A stretch of DNA of 64,000 nucleotides from an uncultured Solirubrobacterales bacterium (GCA_937128795.1 CAKZMQ010000025.1:245-64244), one strand, 5' to 3'. Shown: positions 35,813-45,990, numbered from the stretch's first letter. Notes: generated by a model not told the origin, from the letters alone. Numbers and translations: made by a program.

Positions 35813-37654
35813 ATGACATTTTGGGGAGATCGAATGAATATCCAGAGCACTCCGAGGCATCTTCGAGCGAACGCTCGCGCCTTCGTACTGAGCATCGCCA
35901 TCGCATGCGTGGCGTTGATGTGTTTCGGCGCGGCAGCTCAAGCTGCCGATTGGCCGAGGCCCGGATTCAGCGAAACCGCTGCAACGCAGAATCCAAAGTT
36001 CCCGTCGGTCACCACGACCGCCGTGACCGTTGAGGCACCGCTTCCTGCATCGTTCGGATCGCGACCAGCTGCATGTGACACGCTCACCTTCATACGTATT
36101 AAGCGGGCGGCCGGTCCACTCGATCCGGCCGATGCCGACACCGTCCTGGTTGCACAGCCCGGCGTGCTCGAGGGTGCATCCGCTTTCCTGAACGTCGGCA
36201 GCAACCTCGTACAGCGCGCATGGAGCGAGAACGGTAAAAACGCCGAGTTTTGGGCAGTCGACAGACGGCCGAACTGTCTCGAGGACGTCAACGGACTCAA
36301 ATGGGCGAATGCCAGCGGCGACCCGGTCAAGTTGATCGATTACTACTACCGCGGCGGCACGTTCATGGGCCAACAGTTCGAAGGATTCCTCGACAAAAGT
36401 TCGCCCAAGGCGAGTTGGCTCAAGAAGATGGGAATGGACCAGACGCTGCGCGACTGGAACGAGATCATCTCGCGCGGCGTACCGGAGCTCGCAGACCGAC
36501 AGCAGAAGGTCTATTGCGGCGGGCACTCACTCGGCGGGATCATCACCGGGCAGTACTCGAACTACGACTTCGACGGCAACCCTGGCACGTTGGGCGACGC
36601 CGGGTTCAACCAGTGCCGCGGTTATTTCGGCCTCGACACGTTGGTGACCGACGACCCGTTGAAGCTCCGTCAACTAGGCCCGGCGCTCGGCCTCGATTCT
36701 TTGACCGGTGCCGTCACCGGTTTGTCAGACGCGGCGATCCAGAATGGCCTGATCGCGCCGTTCGTTGACATACCGGGCACGATCAACCCCGAGGTCATGT
36801 ACCTGCTGACCGGCGTGGGCGCGGCTGCGCGGCTGCAGCCGACCATCGAGTCGAACCTGGTCGACGAGCTTCCGGCGAACGCGAATGTGCGTACCGCCTA
36901 TCGGGTGTACTTCTCGCGAAATCTAACCGGCTTCATCAGCGGCAGTCCGGGCCTCGCTGATTTCCGAATGACCAACCAGGTTCTCCTGGGGACATTCATG
37001 GACGACAACTCGATGCCGCTTGGCATCGTGCAGACCAGCGTCGGATTCTTCGACGGAGGACCGGTCGCCGACAAGAACTTCCCGATCCCGAACGTGATCG
37101 GCAGCCTTCCCGGGTTTGAATGGCTGACGCGCGGAATCCTCGGCACCGGCAGCCTCGCGATCCCGACTGACTACGGACGCAAGTGCTTCTTCGTGTTCTG
37201 TTGGTATGAACCCGGCACCGGTCCGCTCTACAAGTGGCGGAACTACAACCAGATCCCCGGCGCATCGATCGCGAAGAGTTCGTCTGGTCGTCCGTTCACG
37301 ACTGCTGCTGAAGAGGTCGCGGACATCAACGATCTCGCGCTTTCGCTGTCGGCGATGCCGGCGAACTTCATCGAGGCATACTTCCCGATGAAGTTGCAAC
37401 TCGATTCGATGCTTGCACTTGCGGGTTCGCAGGAGGCTTCGCCCGGCGCCATTCATAGCGGCGGTGTGGCAATGCGACCCAGTATCAACGTGATCGCAGG
37501 CGGCGGCCCGGTCAAAGGCATAGCTGCGTTGCTCTCTCCGGAGTCGCCCGTGATTCCCGGTTACCAACACCTTGACGTGTTGACCGCCGCTCCGTCGCAA
37601 ACCAACGGCAATCCAGAACAGACCGTTTCGGAACTGCTCGGCTTCCTCTACTGA
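35813..37654 (+). CDS. Secreted alpha/beta hydrolase (lipase/esterase-like)
   Basis: Signal peptide ...CFGAAAQA and the nucleophile elbow GHSLGG. An alternative ATG lies at 35834. Confidence 0.65.
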   Translation: MTFWGDRMNIQSTPRHLRANARAFVLSIAIACVALMCFGAAAQAADWPRPGFSETAATQNPKFPSVTTTAVTVEAPLPASFGSRPAACDTLTFIRIKRAAGPLDPADADTVLVAQPGVLEGASAFLNVGSNLVQRAWSENGKNAEFWAVDRRPNCLEDVNGLKWANASGDPVKLIDYYYRGGTFMGQQFEGFLDKSSPKASWLKKMGMDQTLRDWNEIISRGVPELADRQQKVYCGGHSLGGIITGQYSNYDFDGNPGTLGDAGFNQCRGYFGLDTLVTDDPLKLRQLGPALGLDSLTGAVTGLSDAAIQNGLIAPFVDIPGTINPEVMYLLTGVGAAARLQPTIESNLVDELPANANVRTAYRVYFSRNLTGFISGSPGLADFRMTNQVLLGTFMDDNSMPLGIVQTSVGFFDGGPVADKNFPIPNVIGSLPGFEWLTRGILGTGSLAIPTDYGRKCFFVFCWYEPGTGPLYKWRNYNQIPGASIAKSSSGRPFTTAAEEVADINDLALSLSAMPANFIEAYFPMKLQLDSMLALAGSQEASPGAIHSGGVAMRPSINVIAGGGPVKGIAALLSPESPVIPGYQHLDVLTAAPSQTNGNPEQTVSELLGFLY

Positions 37655-37751
37655 CGACTCGCACGGAACCCCCCAGGAGGCCGCTTGCTCGATCAAGCGG
37701 CAACCCGATGGCCGTCCAGACAATGGGCGGCCATCGGCGTTTGGTTGGTCG

Positions 37752-38423
37752 TTATTCCGGCGCTCGCTGAAGACCCGAGAGCAGCGTCCACGTGATGTTC
37801 GCTGCGGATTCCTTGATTGATGCAAGTGCCTCAGGGCCGCGCAGGCTGACTGTCCGTCTGATCAGTTCCGCTACGCCACCGATGGCGGCGACGATTTGAT
37901 CTTCGGAGGGGTCAGTCTCGATATTCGGGTCTTGGGCGATCAGTGCCCGGTAGAGCGACACGAACAGTTCGAATCCTTCATCTCGACGCGCGCGCGCAGC
38001 CGGACCGCCAGCAAGCATTTCTACCGCGAACAGTCTTGCGAACTCAGGATTGTCGGCCAGCGCGTCGAGGTACTCGGACTGGGTCGCCCGCAGAAGGTTT
38101 TCGCCGCCTTGCGTGGCGGATGCGACCGTCGCCGCGATTCGCTCGTTGACCTTCTCCAGACCCGAGTCATACGCAGCGATCAGGCAGTCCTCCTTGTTGA
38201 CAAAGTGCTCGTAGAACGTCTTTCGGGACACCCCCGACTCCTTCAGCACGTCTGCGACCGAGACCGATGCGTAGCCATTCGCCGCGCAGCAAGCAGTCAT
38301 TGCCTCGAGCATGCGAACACGCTGAGACTGTTTGACGACGTCATCGCCAAGACTGTGGCGACCGCGTGGGAGAATCCTCGGGACTTCGATCACGTTTTCA
38401 TTTGCGTCGTCCACGCCGTTCAT
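37752..38423 (-). CDS. TetR family transcriptional regulator
   Basis: The HTH SVADVLKESGVSRKTFYEHFVNKEDCL is a TetR_N signature. Confidence 0.85.
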   Translation of the reverse strand: MNGVDDANENVIEVPRILPRGRHSLGDDVVKQSQRVRMLEAMTACCAANGYASVSVADVLKESGVSRKTFYEHFVNKEDCLIAAYDSGLEKVNERIAATVASATQGGENLLRATQSEYLDALADNPEFARLFAVEMLAGGPAARARRDEGFELFVSLYRALIAQDPNIETDPSEDQIVAAIGGVAELIRRTVSLRGPEALASIKESAANITWTLLSGLQRAPE

Positions 38424-38642
38424 TCTTGCAGCGAGCGATCGAGCAAACGTCTTGGGCGACTGAGCGATCGACGCCGATTCGCACTCAGCCGGTAAACGAA
38501 CGAGCCCGGTCGCAAGGAGCGGCCGGGCTCGTCATGTATCCAGACGGCGGACGTCTTCCGGGGGGTTCCGATGTAGACGTCCTCCCATCAGATACGGAAG
38601 CCGTCGCAATGCGACTGTTGCTTCCCCATTCTGACTACAGCA

Positions 38643-38662
38643 TCGTTCGTTCGAACGAACGA
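38643..38662. promoter_or_regulatory. Perfect 20-bp palindrome TCGTTCGTTCGAACGAACGA, followed by a GATAAT -10-like hexamer
   Basis: Verified base by base. It lies in the divergent TetR/TetR intergenic region, about 25 nt upstream of the 38687 start. Confidence 0.5.
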
Positions 38663-38686
38663 CGATAATACAGGACCTACGCTCTG

Positions 38687-39349
38687 ATGTGTGCTTCCCT
38701 ACCTCAAAATTGCACGGAGCAATACGACGCAGGAAGATCGATGGCGAACGCAGAGAATCAGAGCATCAGGGGGTTGGAGGGAACGCGCGAGCGGATCCTG
38801 CGCGCCGCTCTGCAACTGATCAGCGAAGAGGGCATGCCCGCTGTCAGTAATCGCCGACTTGCCGCCGAAGCCGGCGTCGCGCTTGGTTCATTGACTTACC
38901 ACTTCCCGAGTCAGGTCGACCTGCTCAACGAGAGTCTGCTGCTTCTCGTTGATGAGACGGTCACACGCATCAGGGAACTCGCAACGGCGATTCGCGAAAG
39001 CGAGATGTCGATCGCGCAGGTCGCCGAGGACACCGGCGAGGTGATGCGCAACTCGGGCATGGTCAACCGGAGCTTGGCCGAGATGGAACTTCACCTGCAA
39101 TCCGCCCGCCAGCCTGAACTGCGAGAAGCTTCGATCCGCTGTTTCGACGCCTACGACGACCTCGCGACGGCCGTGCTCGAATCGCTCGGTGTCGAACGCG
39201 CGGCCGACCGCGCACCGGCGGTCGTCGCCCTTTTGCTCGGTGCGGCGGTTCGTCAGCTGGGAACCGGCCAGCGCGACGCGTCGACAGTGACGCGTGCGCT
39301 GATGGCGATGGCGGCCGGCGTCGGCGCCGTCGACAAGCCGGACGGCTGA
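38687..39349 (+). CDS. TetR family transcriptional regulator
   Basis: Contains RERILRAALQLISEEGMPAVSNRRLAAEAGVALGSLTYHFPSQ. An alternative start lies at 38741. Confidence 0.8.
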   Translation: MCASLPQNCTEQYDAGRSMANAENQSIRGLEGTRERILRAALQLISEEGMPAVSNRRLAAEAGVALGSLTYHFPSQVDLLNESLLLLVDETVTRIRELATAIRESEMSIAQVAEDTGEVMRNSGMVNRSLAEMELHLQSARQPELREASIRCFDAYDDLATAVLESLGVERAADRAPAVVALLLGAAVRQLGTGQRDASTVTRALMAMAAGVGAVDKPDG

Positions 39350-39356
39350 ATCTCCG

Positions 39357-39656
39357 CTACTTGGTCTCCCAGCGGCAGGCGTCGTCGTTGCAGGTGCCTT
39401 CGATACTGACGTCCTCACTGAACTCGCCATCTTCGGCGTCAACGCCGGCGATCTTTGCGGAGCAGTCGTACTTGCCGACTTCGCCCTCGCTGCAGGTGAC
39501 CGACGAAACCTTGACGTCGGTGATGCCTCCCGCCTCAACTTGAGCCGGTAGCTGCTCGGTGATGATGCGTTGAAGGGCCGTGACGTTGTCCTCGCCGCCA
39601 CATCCGGCGATGGGCACGGCAAGGGCGGCAAGCATTACAACAAGAGCAAGTTTCAT
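39357..39656 (-). CDS. Small lipoprotein
   Basis: MKLALVVMLAALAVPIAGCGG contains a lipobox. The track ORF extends upstream to 40034, but that part overlaps the gad gene region. Confidence 0.6.
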   Translation of the reverse strand: MKLALVVMLAALAVPIAGCGGEDNVTALQRIITEQLPAQVEAGGITDVKVSSVTCSEGEVGKYDCSAKIAGVDAEDGEFSEDVSIEGTCNDDACRWETK

Positions 39657-39794
39657 CAAGATCCTCCAGAGCAAAAGAATGGGATGCCGATGATTATTGC
39701 GTGCTTCGTCGGATGGGCCGATTCGATCCGGGGGATTGGTCTTGAACGCCAACGTCGGCGCACCACTTCCGGCCCGTCTGCAAAAGTACGCGCC

Positions 39795-41165
39795 ATGCCG
39801 CCATTCAACGAACCCGGCGAGAGTGCGATCGCAAAGTTCGCCGCCGAAAAACTGCCGATCGATCGCCTTCCCGATGCTGGGATGCCAGCCGAAGATGTGC
39901 GCCTGTTGATCACGTCCGAGCTTTACCTCGACAGTGACCCTGTGCGAAACCTCGCCACATTCGTCACGACTTGGATGGAGCCGGACGCGGAGCGTCTGAT
40001 CGCCGAGAACCTGCATCGCAATTTCATCGATCACGCCGAGTACCCGCAGACGGCAGAGATCGAACAGCGCTGCATCCGCATTCTCGCCGACCTCTTCAAT
40101 GCTCCGGGCGAAACCACCGGCTGTCGCACTCAGGGTTCGTCAGAAGCGATCATGCTCGGTGCCCTGAATCTCAAGTGGAACTGGCGCAAGCGGATGGAGG
40201 CGGCGGGCAAAGATACGAACAAACCGAACCTCGTATTCGGCGGCGACGTGCACGTCGTCTGGGACAAGTTCTGTCGCTACTTCGATGTCGAGCCGCGGAT
40301 CGTGCCGTTGCAGGACGACAAGTACACGATCAACGCCGAGGACGTAGCGTCGTTTGTCGACGAGAACACGATCGGTGTTGCGGCAGTGGTCGGCACGACC
40401 TTCACCGGCCACGCCGACGACGTCGCCGGCATCAACGACTACCTGGTCAAGCTGAAGGCGGAGAAGGGCATCGACGTGCCGATGCACGTCGACGGTGCGT
40501 CTGGTGCGTTCGTCTGGCCGTTTCTCTATCCGAATGAGAAGTGGGATTTCCGTCTCGAACAGGTTCGGTCGATCAATGCCTCCGGCCACAAATTTGGACT
40601 CGTGTATCCCGGCGTCGGCTGGTTGATCTTTCGTGAGAAGGAAGACCTCAACCCCGACCTCGTCTTCATGGAGAACTACCTCGGCAAAGAGGACGCGACT
40701 TTCACGCTCAACTTCTCGACCGGGTCGGCGATGCTGCTGGCGCAGTACTACCAGTTCGTCCGTCTCGGCCGCAAGGGGTACGAAGCGGTCATCCAGCTGA
40801 TGTACGCGAATGCCAAGGAGTTGGCTTCACGGATCAGCTCGATGGGCAAGTTCGAATTGATCGGTGAGGGGGCACCTCAGCTTCCGTTGGTCTCCTTCAA
40901 GCTCAAGGAAGACAACGGTTATGACGAGTTCGACATCGCGGGCCAGTTGGCCGCCGAACGCGGTTGGATGGTGCCGGCGTACACACTGCCGCCGAACGCC
41001 GAAGACGTGACTGTTCTGCGTGCCCTCGTGAAGGAGAGTTTCACCTACGGGATGATGGAGAAGCTGGCCGAAGACATTGAGTCCGCATGCGCGACGCTCG
41101 AGGTCAAGGGTGGCCTGCACGAGGCCGACCGCAAGAAACTCGTAAAGACCAACCCCGCGCTTTGA
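39795..41165 (+). CDS. Glutamate decarboxylase (PLP-dependent)
   Basis: Contains NFIDHAEYPQTAEIEQRCI and INASGHKFGLVYPGVGW (PLP-lysine motif). The ATG at 39795 gives a normal-length N-terminus. Confidence 0.9.
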   Translation: MPPFNEPGESAIAKFAAEKLPIDRLPDAGMPAEDVRLLITSELYLDSDPVRNLATFVTTWMEPDAERLIAENLHRNFIDHAEYPQTAEIEQRCIRILADLFNAPGETTGCRTQGSSEAIMLGALNLKWNWRKRMEAAGKDTNKPNLVFGGDVHVVWDKFCRYFDVEPRIVPLQDDKYTINAEDVASFVDENTIGVAAVVGTTFTGHADDVAGINDYLVKLKAEKGIDVPMHVDGASGAFVWPFLYPNEKWDFRLEQVRSINASGHKFGLVYPGVGWLIFREKEDLNPDLVFMENYLGKEDATFTLNFSTGSAMLLAQYYQFVRLGRKGYEAVIQLMYANAKELASRISSMGKFELIGEGAPQLPLVSFKLKEDNGYDEFDIAGQLAAERGWMVPAYTLPPNAEDVTVLRALVKESFTYGMMEKLAEDIESACATLEVKGGLHEADRKKLVKTNPAL

Positions 41166-41291
41166 ATTCCGGACTCGCGATCGTTGTCCACGGAAATCCG
41201 TTTCCGCTTGACTCGTGACTTTGCGCTGCTCGTTCAACTTGTGAACATTCGTTTCTAGACCGTCGCGCGAGCGTCGTATTGTCAAGGGCGC

Positions 41292-42221
41292 ATGGCAGAG
41301 AAGTCGAACAAGCGCGCGAATGGCAATGGCAACGGCAAACACCCGGCTGCTGTGATCGATATCGGTTCGAACACGACCCGCCTGTTGGTTGCCGAGCGCT
41401 CTGGTGACGGATTTCGGGAATTGCTCAGCCAACGTGCATTCACGCGCCTCTCCCGTGGGATCAAGGAAGACGGGTCGATCGCCGGTAAGAAGATCGATGA
41501 GCTCGCCCGTACGGTTGCGACGCAGGTCAAGCTGGCCAAGGTGCTTGGTGCTGACGATCCGTATGCAATGGCTACGGCGGCAACCCGCGACGCCTCCAAT
41601 GGCGACGATCTTCTGAAGGCGGTCCACGAAGAAAGTGGCGTGAAGATCGATGTGCTTGACGAGCATGAAGAGGCACGGCTGGCGTTCATGGGTGCGACCC
41701 GCGCGCTGCCAGCCGAAACCGCCGAACGCATTGCCGTGATCGACGTTGGCGGCGGATCGACCGAGGTCGCGATCGGAACGCTTTCGGATGGCGTGAAGTG
41801 GTCGACGTCGTTCCGTATCGGTTCGGGGATGGTCACCGATCGCTTCTTTGCCGCCGACCCACCGAGTGTCGACGACCTGGACACCGCTCGTGCCTTCGTC
41901 GACGAAATGTTCACGGACTACAACTTCCCGCAGGTCGACCTGGCGATCGCCATCGGCGGCAGCGCTTCGTCGCTCCGCCGGATGGTCGGGGGCGTGCTTG
42001 AGCACGAAACGATGGAACGCGCGATTCGGCTGATCACTCGCAACGCGGCAACCGAAATGGCGGACGATTTTGGACTGGACATCGAACGCGTGCAGGTGCT
42101 GCCCGCAGGGATCATGATCCTCGAAGACATTTCCATACGCCTTGGCCAACCCTTGAGAATCGGCAAGGGGGGCCTGCGCGAAGGAAAGCTGCTGGAATTA
42201 CTCGCAGCGCAGGTCGCATAG
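41292..42221 (+). CDS. ppx: Ppx/GppA family phosphatase (exopolyphosphatase)
   Basis: Contains AVIDIGSNTTRLLVAE and VIDVGGGSTE, which are ASKHA phosphate-binding motifs. Confidence 0.85.
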   Translation: MAEKSNKRANGNGNGKHPAAVIDIGSNTTRLLVAERSGDGFRELLSQRAFTRLSRGIKEDGSIAGKKIDELARTVATQVKLAKVLGADDPYAMATAATRDASNGDDLLKAVHEESGVKIDVLDEHEEARLAFMGATRALPAETAERIAVIDVGGGSTEVAIGTLSDGVKWSTSFRIGSGMVTDRFFAADPPSVDDLDTARAFVDEMFTDYNFPQVDLAIAIGGSASSLRRMVGGVLEHETMERAIRLITRNAATEMADDFGLDIERVQVLPAGIMILEDISIRLGQPLRIGKGGLREGKLLELLAAQVA

Positions 42222-42247
42222 GCCGGCGTCGATCGGAGCGTGCACAA

Positions 42248-44455
42248 ATGACAGACCCCCAAATCAGCCCCGGACAGGTCCGCGACACCGTCACCCAACG
42301 CGACGCGTACGAATCCGTGCCGGTTCCGGCGAAGCGCGCGACCGCAGAATCCGCCGCCCGCGAGCGCGAAGCCGACGAAGTTGATCTGCGCGAACGTGCA
42401 CTGTTCTTCAACCGCGAACTCTCGTGGCTCGATTTCAATGAGCGAGTACTGGAACTGGCCGAGCAAAAGGACCAGCCACTGCTCGAACGCGTGAAGTTCG
42501 CTGCGATCTTCTCGTCCAATCTCGACGAATTCGTGATGATCCGCGTCGCCGGAATCCACGATTTGATCGACGCGGGCATCGAAAAACGTGGCGCCGACGG
42601 ACGAGATCCGGAAGAAACACTCGAAGGAATCCGCGAACGTACCGTTGACCTGCTTACGCGGCAGTCGCGAGTGGTCGGCGAGGAGCTGCTGCCGGCCTTG
42701 GCGGACGAAGGAATACGGCTCTGCCGTGTCGTGGAGTTGACCGAAGACCAGCGTGCCGAACTACGTCGCGTCTTTCTCGCCCAGATCTTTCCGGTGCTGA
42801 CACCGCTTGCCGTCGGACCGGGACGTCCGTTTCCATACATCTCCAATCTTTCTCTGAGTCTCGCCGTACTGCTTCGCGACCCACAGCTCGACCAGACCAC
42901 GTTCGCCCGCGTGAAGGTTCCGAAGGAGATCCTGCCGCGCTTCGTCACGCTCGAGCCAGAAGGCATCATGGTGCCGCTCGAGGATGCGATCGCCGACAAT
43001 CTCGACGCGCTGTTTCCCGGAACCGAGATCGTCAGCTATGCGACGTTTCGCGTCACGCGCGATGCCGATTTCACCGTCTCGGACGAGGCCGACGATCTCT
43101 TGCGGGCCGTTGAGGACGAACTTCGTCGGCGCCGTTTTGGCGAAGTCGTGCGTGTCGAGGTCGGCAAGGGCATCGCCCGAGAACTGCGCGACGAATTGAT
43201 CGAATCGCTCGAGATCGACCGGCGCGACCTTTACGAGATCGACGGCATGCTTGATCTGAACGACCTCTGGCAGATCGTCAAGCTGCCGGGTCACAAGGAA
43301 CTTCGCGACACGCCCTGGTCGCCGGTGCAGCCGTCGCGGCTGCGCGACGCAGATGGCGAGCCGATTCCTGTGATGGCGGCGATGCGCAACGAGGACATCC
43401 TCGTCCACCATCCGTATGAATCATTCAGCGGGTCGGTCGAGCGGTTCGTCGGCGAGGCGGTGAACGACCCGGACGTCCTCGCGATCAAGATCACGGTGTA
43501 CCGCACGAGTGACGACTCGCCGCTGGTGCCGGCGTTGATCCGCGCGTCGGAACGCGGTAAACAGGCAGTTGCGCTTGTCGAGCTGAAGGCCCGCTTCGAC
43601 GAACGCGCAAACATTCAGTGGGCGCGAGAGCTCGAACAGTCGGGGGTGCACGTTGTGTACGGGCCGCCGGCCCTGAAGACGCACACAAAGTGCGTGCTGG
43701 TCGTACGTCGAGAGGGCAATCGAGTACGCAACTACGTGCACATCGGAACCGGCAACTACCACTCCACGACTGCGCGCCTTTACACGGATTTCGGTCTGTT
43801 CACGACCGACGCCCAAATCGGCGCCGACGTCACCGACATGTTCAATTTCTTGACCGGGTTCGCCCGGCCGCACGAGATGCGCAAGGTTCTGATCGCGCCG
43901 AACCAGATGCGCACGGGCATCCTCGACCAGATCGACAAGACGGTCGCCGCCCACAGTCCTGAGAATCCGTGCCGGATTTTGATGAAGATGAATTCGCTGG
44001 TTGACGTCGCCTGTATTGAGGCCCTCTATCGCGCGTCGCGGGCCGGCGTGAAGATCGATCTGAACGTGCGCGGGATTTGCTGCCTGCGCCCGGGCGTGCC
44101 CGGCGTTTCCGAGAACATCCGCGTCAACTCTGTCGTTGGCAGGTTCCTTGAACACTCGCGTGTTTACGCCTTCATCCGGGGCGAGGAGCGCGTTGTGTTG
44201 ATCGGCTCAGCCGACCTGATGCGGCGCAACCTCGACAATCGTGTGGAGTTGGTCACGCCGGTCGAGAATGAGGCGCTCCAGGACCAACTGCTCGACACTC
44301 TCGAGCGTTGCCTCGACGACAACTCGAACGCCTGGGAACTGCGCGAATCAGGCGATTGGGATCGCCTTTCGCCGACGACTCCCGAAGAGCGACGAAACGC
44401 TCAGGACGAATTGATGGAGACGTACCGCCAAGCGGACGAGGCTTTCGGCGCCTAG
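42248..44455 (+). CDS. ppk: Polyphosphate kinase 1
   Basis: 735 aa. Contains FFNRELSWLDFNERVL, HTKCVLVVRRE (PLD-like HKD) and the full PPK1 domain order. Confidence 0.9.
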   Translation: MTDPQISPGQVRDTVTQRDAYESVPVPAKRATAESAAREREADEVDLRERALFFNRELSWLDFNERVLELAEQKDQPLLERVKFAAIFSSNLDEFVMIRVAGIHDLIDAGIEKRGADGRDPEETLEGIRERTVDLLTRQSRVVGEELLPALADEGIRLCRVVELTEDQRAELRRVFLAQIFPVLTPLAVGPGRPFPYISNLSLSLAVLLRDPQLDQTTFARVKVPKEILPRFVTLEPEGIMVPLEDAIADNLDALFPGTEIVSYATFRVTRDADFTVSDEADDLLRAVEDELRRRRFGEVVRVEVGKGIARELRDELIESLEIDRRDLYEIDGMLDLNDLWQIVKLPGHKELRDTPWSPVQPSRLRDADGEPIPVMAAMRNEDILVHHPYESFSGSVERFVGEAVNDPDVLAIKITVYRTSDDSPLVPALIRASERGKQAVALVELKARFDERANIQWARELEQSGVHVVYGPPALKTHTKCVLVVRREGNRVRNYVHIGTGNYHSTTARLYTDFGLFTTDAQIGADVTDMFNFLTGFARPHEMRKVLIAPNQMRTGILDQIDKTVAAHSPENPCRILMKMNSLVDVACIEALYRASRAGVKIDLNVRGICCLRPGVPGVSENIRVNSVVGRFLEHSRVYAFIRGEERVVLIGSADLMRRNLDNRVELVTPVENEALQDQLLDTLERCLDDNSNAWELRESGDWDRLSPTTPEERRNAQDELMETYRQADEAFGA

Positions 44456-44564
44456 CGGTTTGGCGCCCGCAGCGCAGCGCGTCGAGTGGTGAGGCGCGAT
44501 GAGTGGTGTGGCCCGTGTTGCGGCACGCCGCGAGCAGATTCGGACGAGCGCCAAGGAGTTGAAA

Positions 44565-44638
44565 CGGGAGCGACGGGACTCGAACCCGCGACCTCCGGCT
44601 TGACAGGCCGGCACTCTAACCAACTGAGCTACGCCCCC
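44565..44638 (-). tRNA. tRNA-Asp (anticodon GUC)
   Basis: The reverse complement folds as GGGGGCG...CCGGC-CTGTCAA-GCCGG...GCGGGTTCGAGTCCCGT-CGCTCCC-G. Confidence 0.9.
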
Positions 44639-44679
44639 TCGGAACGGCGCTAATTGTGACAGGTTCACCCCACCCGCCC

Positions 44680-44713
44680 AAACAAGGTTTGCTTTAACGC
44701 AAACCTTGTTTCG
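44680..44713. repeat. 13-bp inverted repeat AAACAAGGTTTGC-tttaac-GCAAACCTTGTTT; shares both arms with a second site at 47614-47646
   Basis: Read directly from the sequence. It lies between the divergent tRNA-Asp and tRNA-Val genes. Confidence 0.85.
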
Positions 44714-44864
44714 CGAAACTTGTTGGTCGCGGGTTGACGCGATGCCGCCCCTTTGGAATGGGCGAAAAAGGCGAAGCCCTCGTCTTGTGGGCGAGGGCTA
44801 CGAGCTTTAGACCGATGAGTTTCGCATCGGGCATATCTTCAGCGGACGGCTACGCTTGGTTGAT

Positions 44865-44938
44865 GGGCGCGTAGCTCAGTTGGTTAGAGCGCCTGCCTTA
44901 CAAGCAGGAAGTCCCCCGTTCGAGTCGGGGCGTGCCCA
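44865..44938 (+). tRNA. tRNA-Val (anticodon UAC)
   Basis: Acceptor GGGCGCG/CGTGCCC, anticodon stem CCTGC/GCAGG with loop CTTACAA, and T loop TTCGAGT. Confidence 0.9.
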
Positions 44939-45096
44939 CTGGTTTTACTTCTGCCGCCGCCGCGGCGAAGTGTTTCACGCAGGATGGCCTCGGATCTACG
45001 CGGCAAGGCCGCGAAACCCCGATTGGGCCCTATAAGAACGCCGTTTGAGTAGTGGCCGCAACCCTGACCCTCCGACAGGGTTTCTACGGTGGTCAT

Positions 45097-45915
45097 ATGG
45101 CTACATCTGATCTATACTTGACAGGCATGGAACGCGCACTGAGCAATTCGCGCGTGCTCCCAAGGTTGGTAACACTGGGCATCTCGGTGATCGCCCTTGT
45201 TGTTCTCGCACTTCCGGTCAGCGCCAGCGCGGCGGACCCGGCGGCTGCAGGACCGAGCACGACGCATCCGGAATACACGGAGACGATCCTCTCGAACGAG
45301 CAGGACTTCTCGCGCTGGGCATTCGTGAAGCGCAGGGTGATCGCCTACAGCCAGCCGAAGAACAAGGGTCGCAAGATCCGCAAATTGACCACGCGCACGC
45401 CAGATCGAACGCATGATCTGGTCCTCGTGCTGCGCGAGCGCAAGTACGTCGACGGCACCGTTTGGTCTCAGGTTCGCGTTCCCAGGCGCGGGCGGTCGAA
45501 TATCGCTTGGGTGCGTCGGAACGCCCTCGATCGCTATCGCAAGATTCGTACTCGACTTGAGATCAGCCGCAATCGTTACAAGGCCAAGCTCTACCGCAAC
45601 AACAAATTGGTCTGGAGCGCACGTATCGGGATTGGCAAGCGCGGCACGACCACCCCGAAGGGGAACTTTTACATTCGCAACCGTCTGATTACGACCAACT
45701 CGCGTGGTCCGTACGGCCCGTACGCAATGGGCCTCTCGGCCTATTCGAAGACGCTCTCCGACTGGCCGGGCGGCGGCATCATCGGCATCCACGGCACCAA
45801 CCAGCCGGGCATCTTGCCTGGGCGCGTCTCGCACGGTTGCATCCGCGTGAAGAACTCAAAGATCCGCAAGCTCTTCCGCATGATGCCTGCCGGCACCCCC
45901 GTGAAGATCACCTGA
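45097..45915 (+). CDS. L,D-transpeptidase (YkuD domain), membrane-anchored/secreted
   Basis: GIHGTNQPGILPGRVSHGCIRV is the catalytic HxxxxxSHGCIR motif. The start is uncertain (45052 GTG, 45097 ATG or 45127 ATG). Confidence 0.8.
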   Translation: MATSDLYLTGMERALSNSRVLPRLVTLGISVIALVVLALPVSASAADPAAAGPSTTHPEYTETILSNEQDFSRWAFVKRRVIAYSQPKNKGRKIRKLTTRTPDRTHDLVLVLRERKYVDGTVWSQVRVPRRGRSNIAWVRRNALDRYRKIRTRLEISRNRYKAKLYRNNKLVWSARIGIGKRGTTTPKGNFYIRNRLITTNSRGPYGPYAMGLSAYSKTLSDWPGGGIIGIHGTNQPGILPGRVSHGCIRVKNSKIRKLFRMMPAGTPVKIT

Positions 45916-45919
45916 CCAT

Positions 45920-45990
45920 CTGCAAGGTCCGAGGTTGCAAGCGGGATCCGACGCGCGCCCTCTTGCAAGGTCCGAAGTTGCAAGCGAGAT
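45920..45990 (+). repeat. Two direct copies of a REP-like palindromic element (core TGCAAGGTCCGARGTTGCAAGCG) on the left flank of the RAYT gene
   Basis: Copies lie at 45921-45943 and 45963-45985. Each core is itself a hairpin (CTTGCAA...TTGCAAG). Confidence 0.9.

Noticed and set aside
41165-41292. Short inverted repeat GTTCA-acttg-TGAAC upstream of ppx as a Pho-type operator.
   Set aside because: The arms are only 5 bp and there is no second copy or recognisable PHO box. This is too weak to report as a feature.
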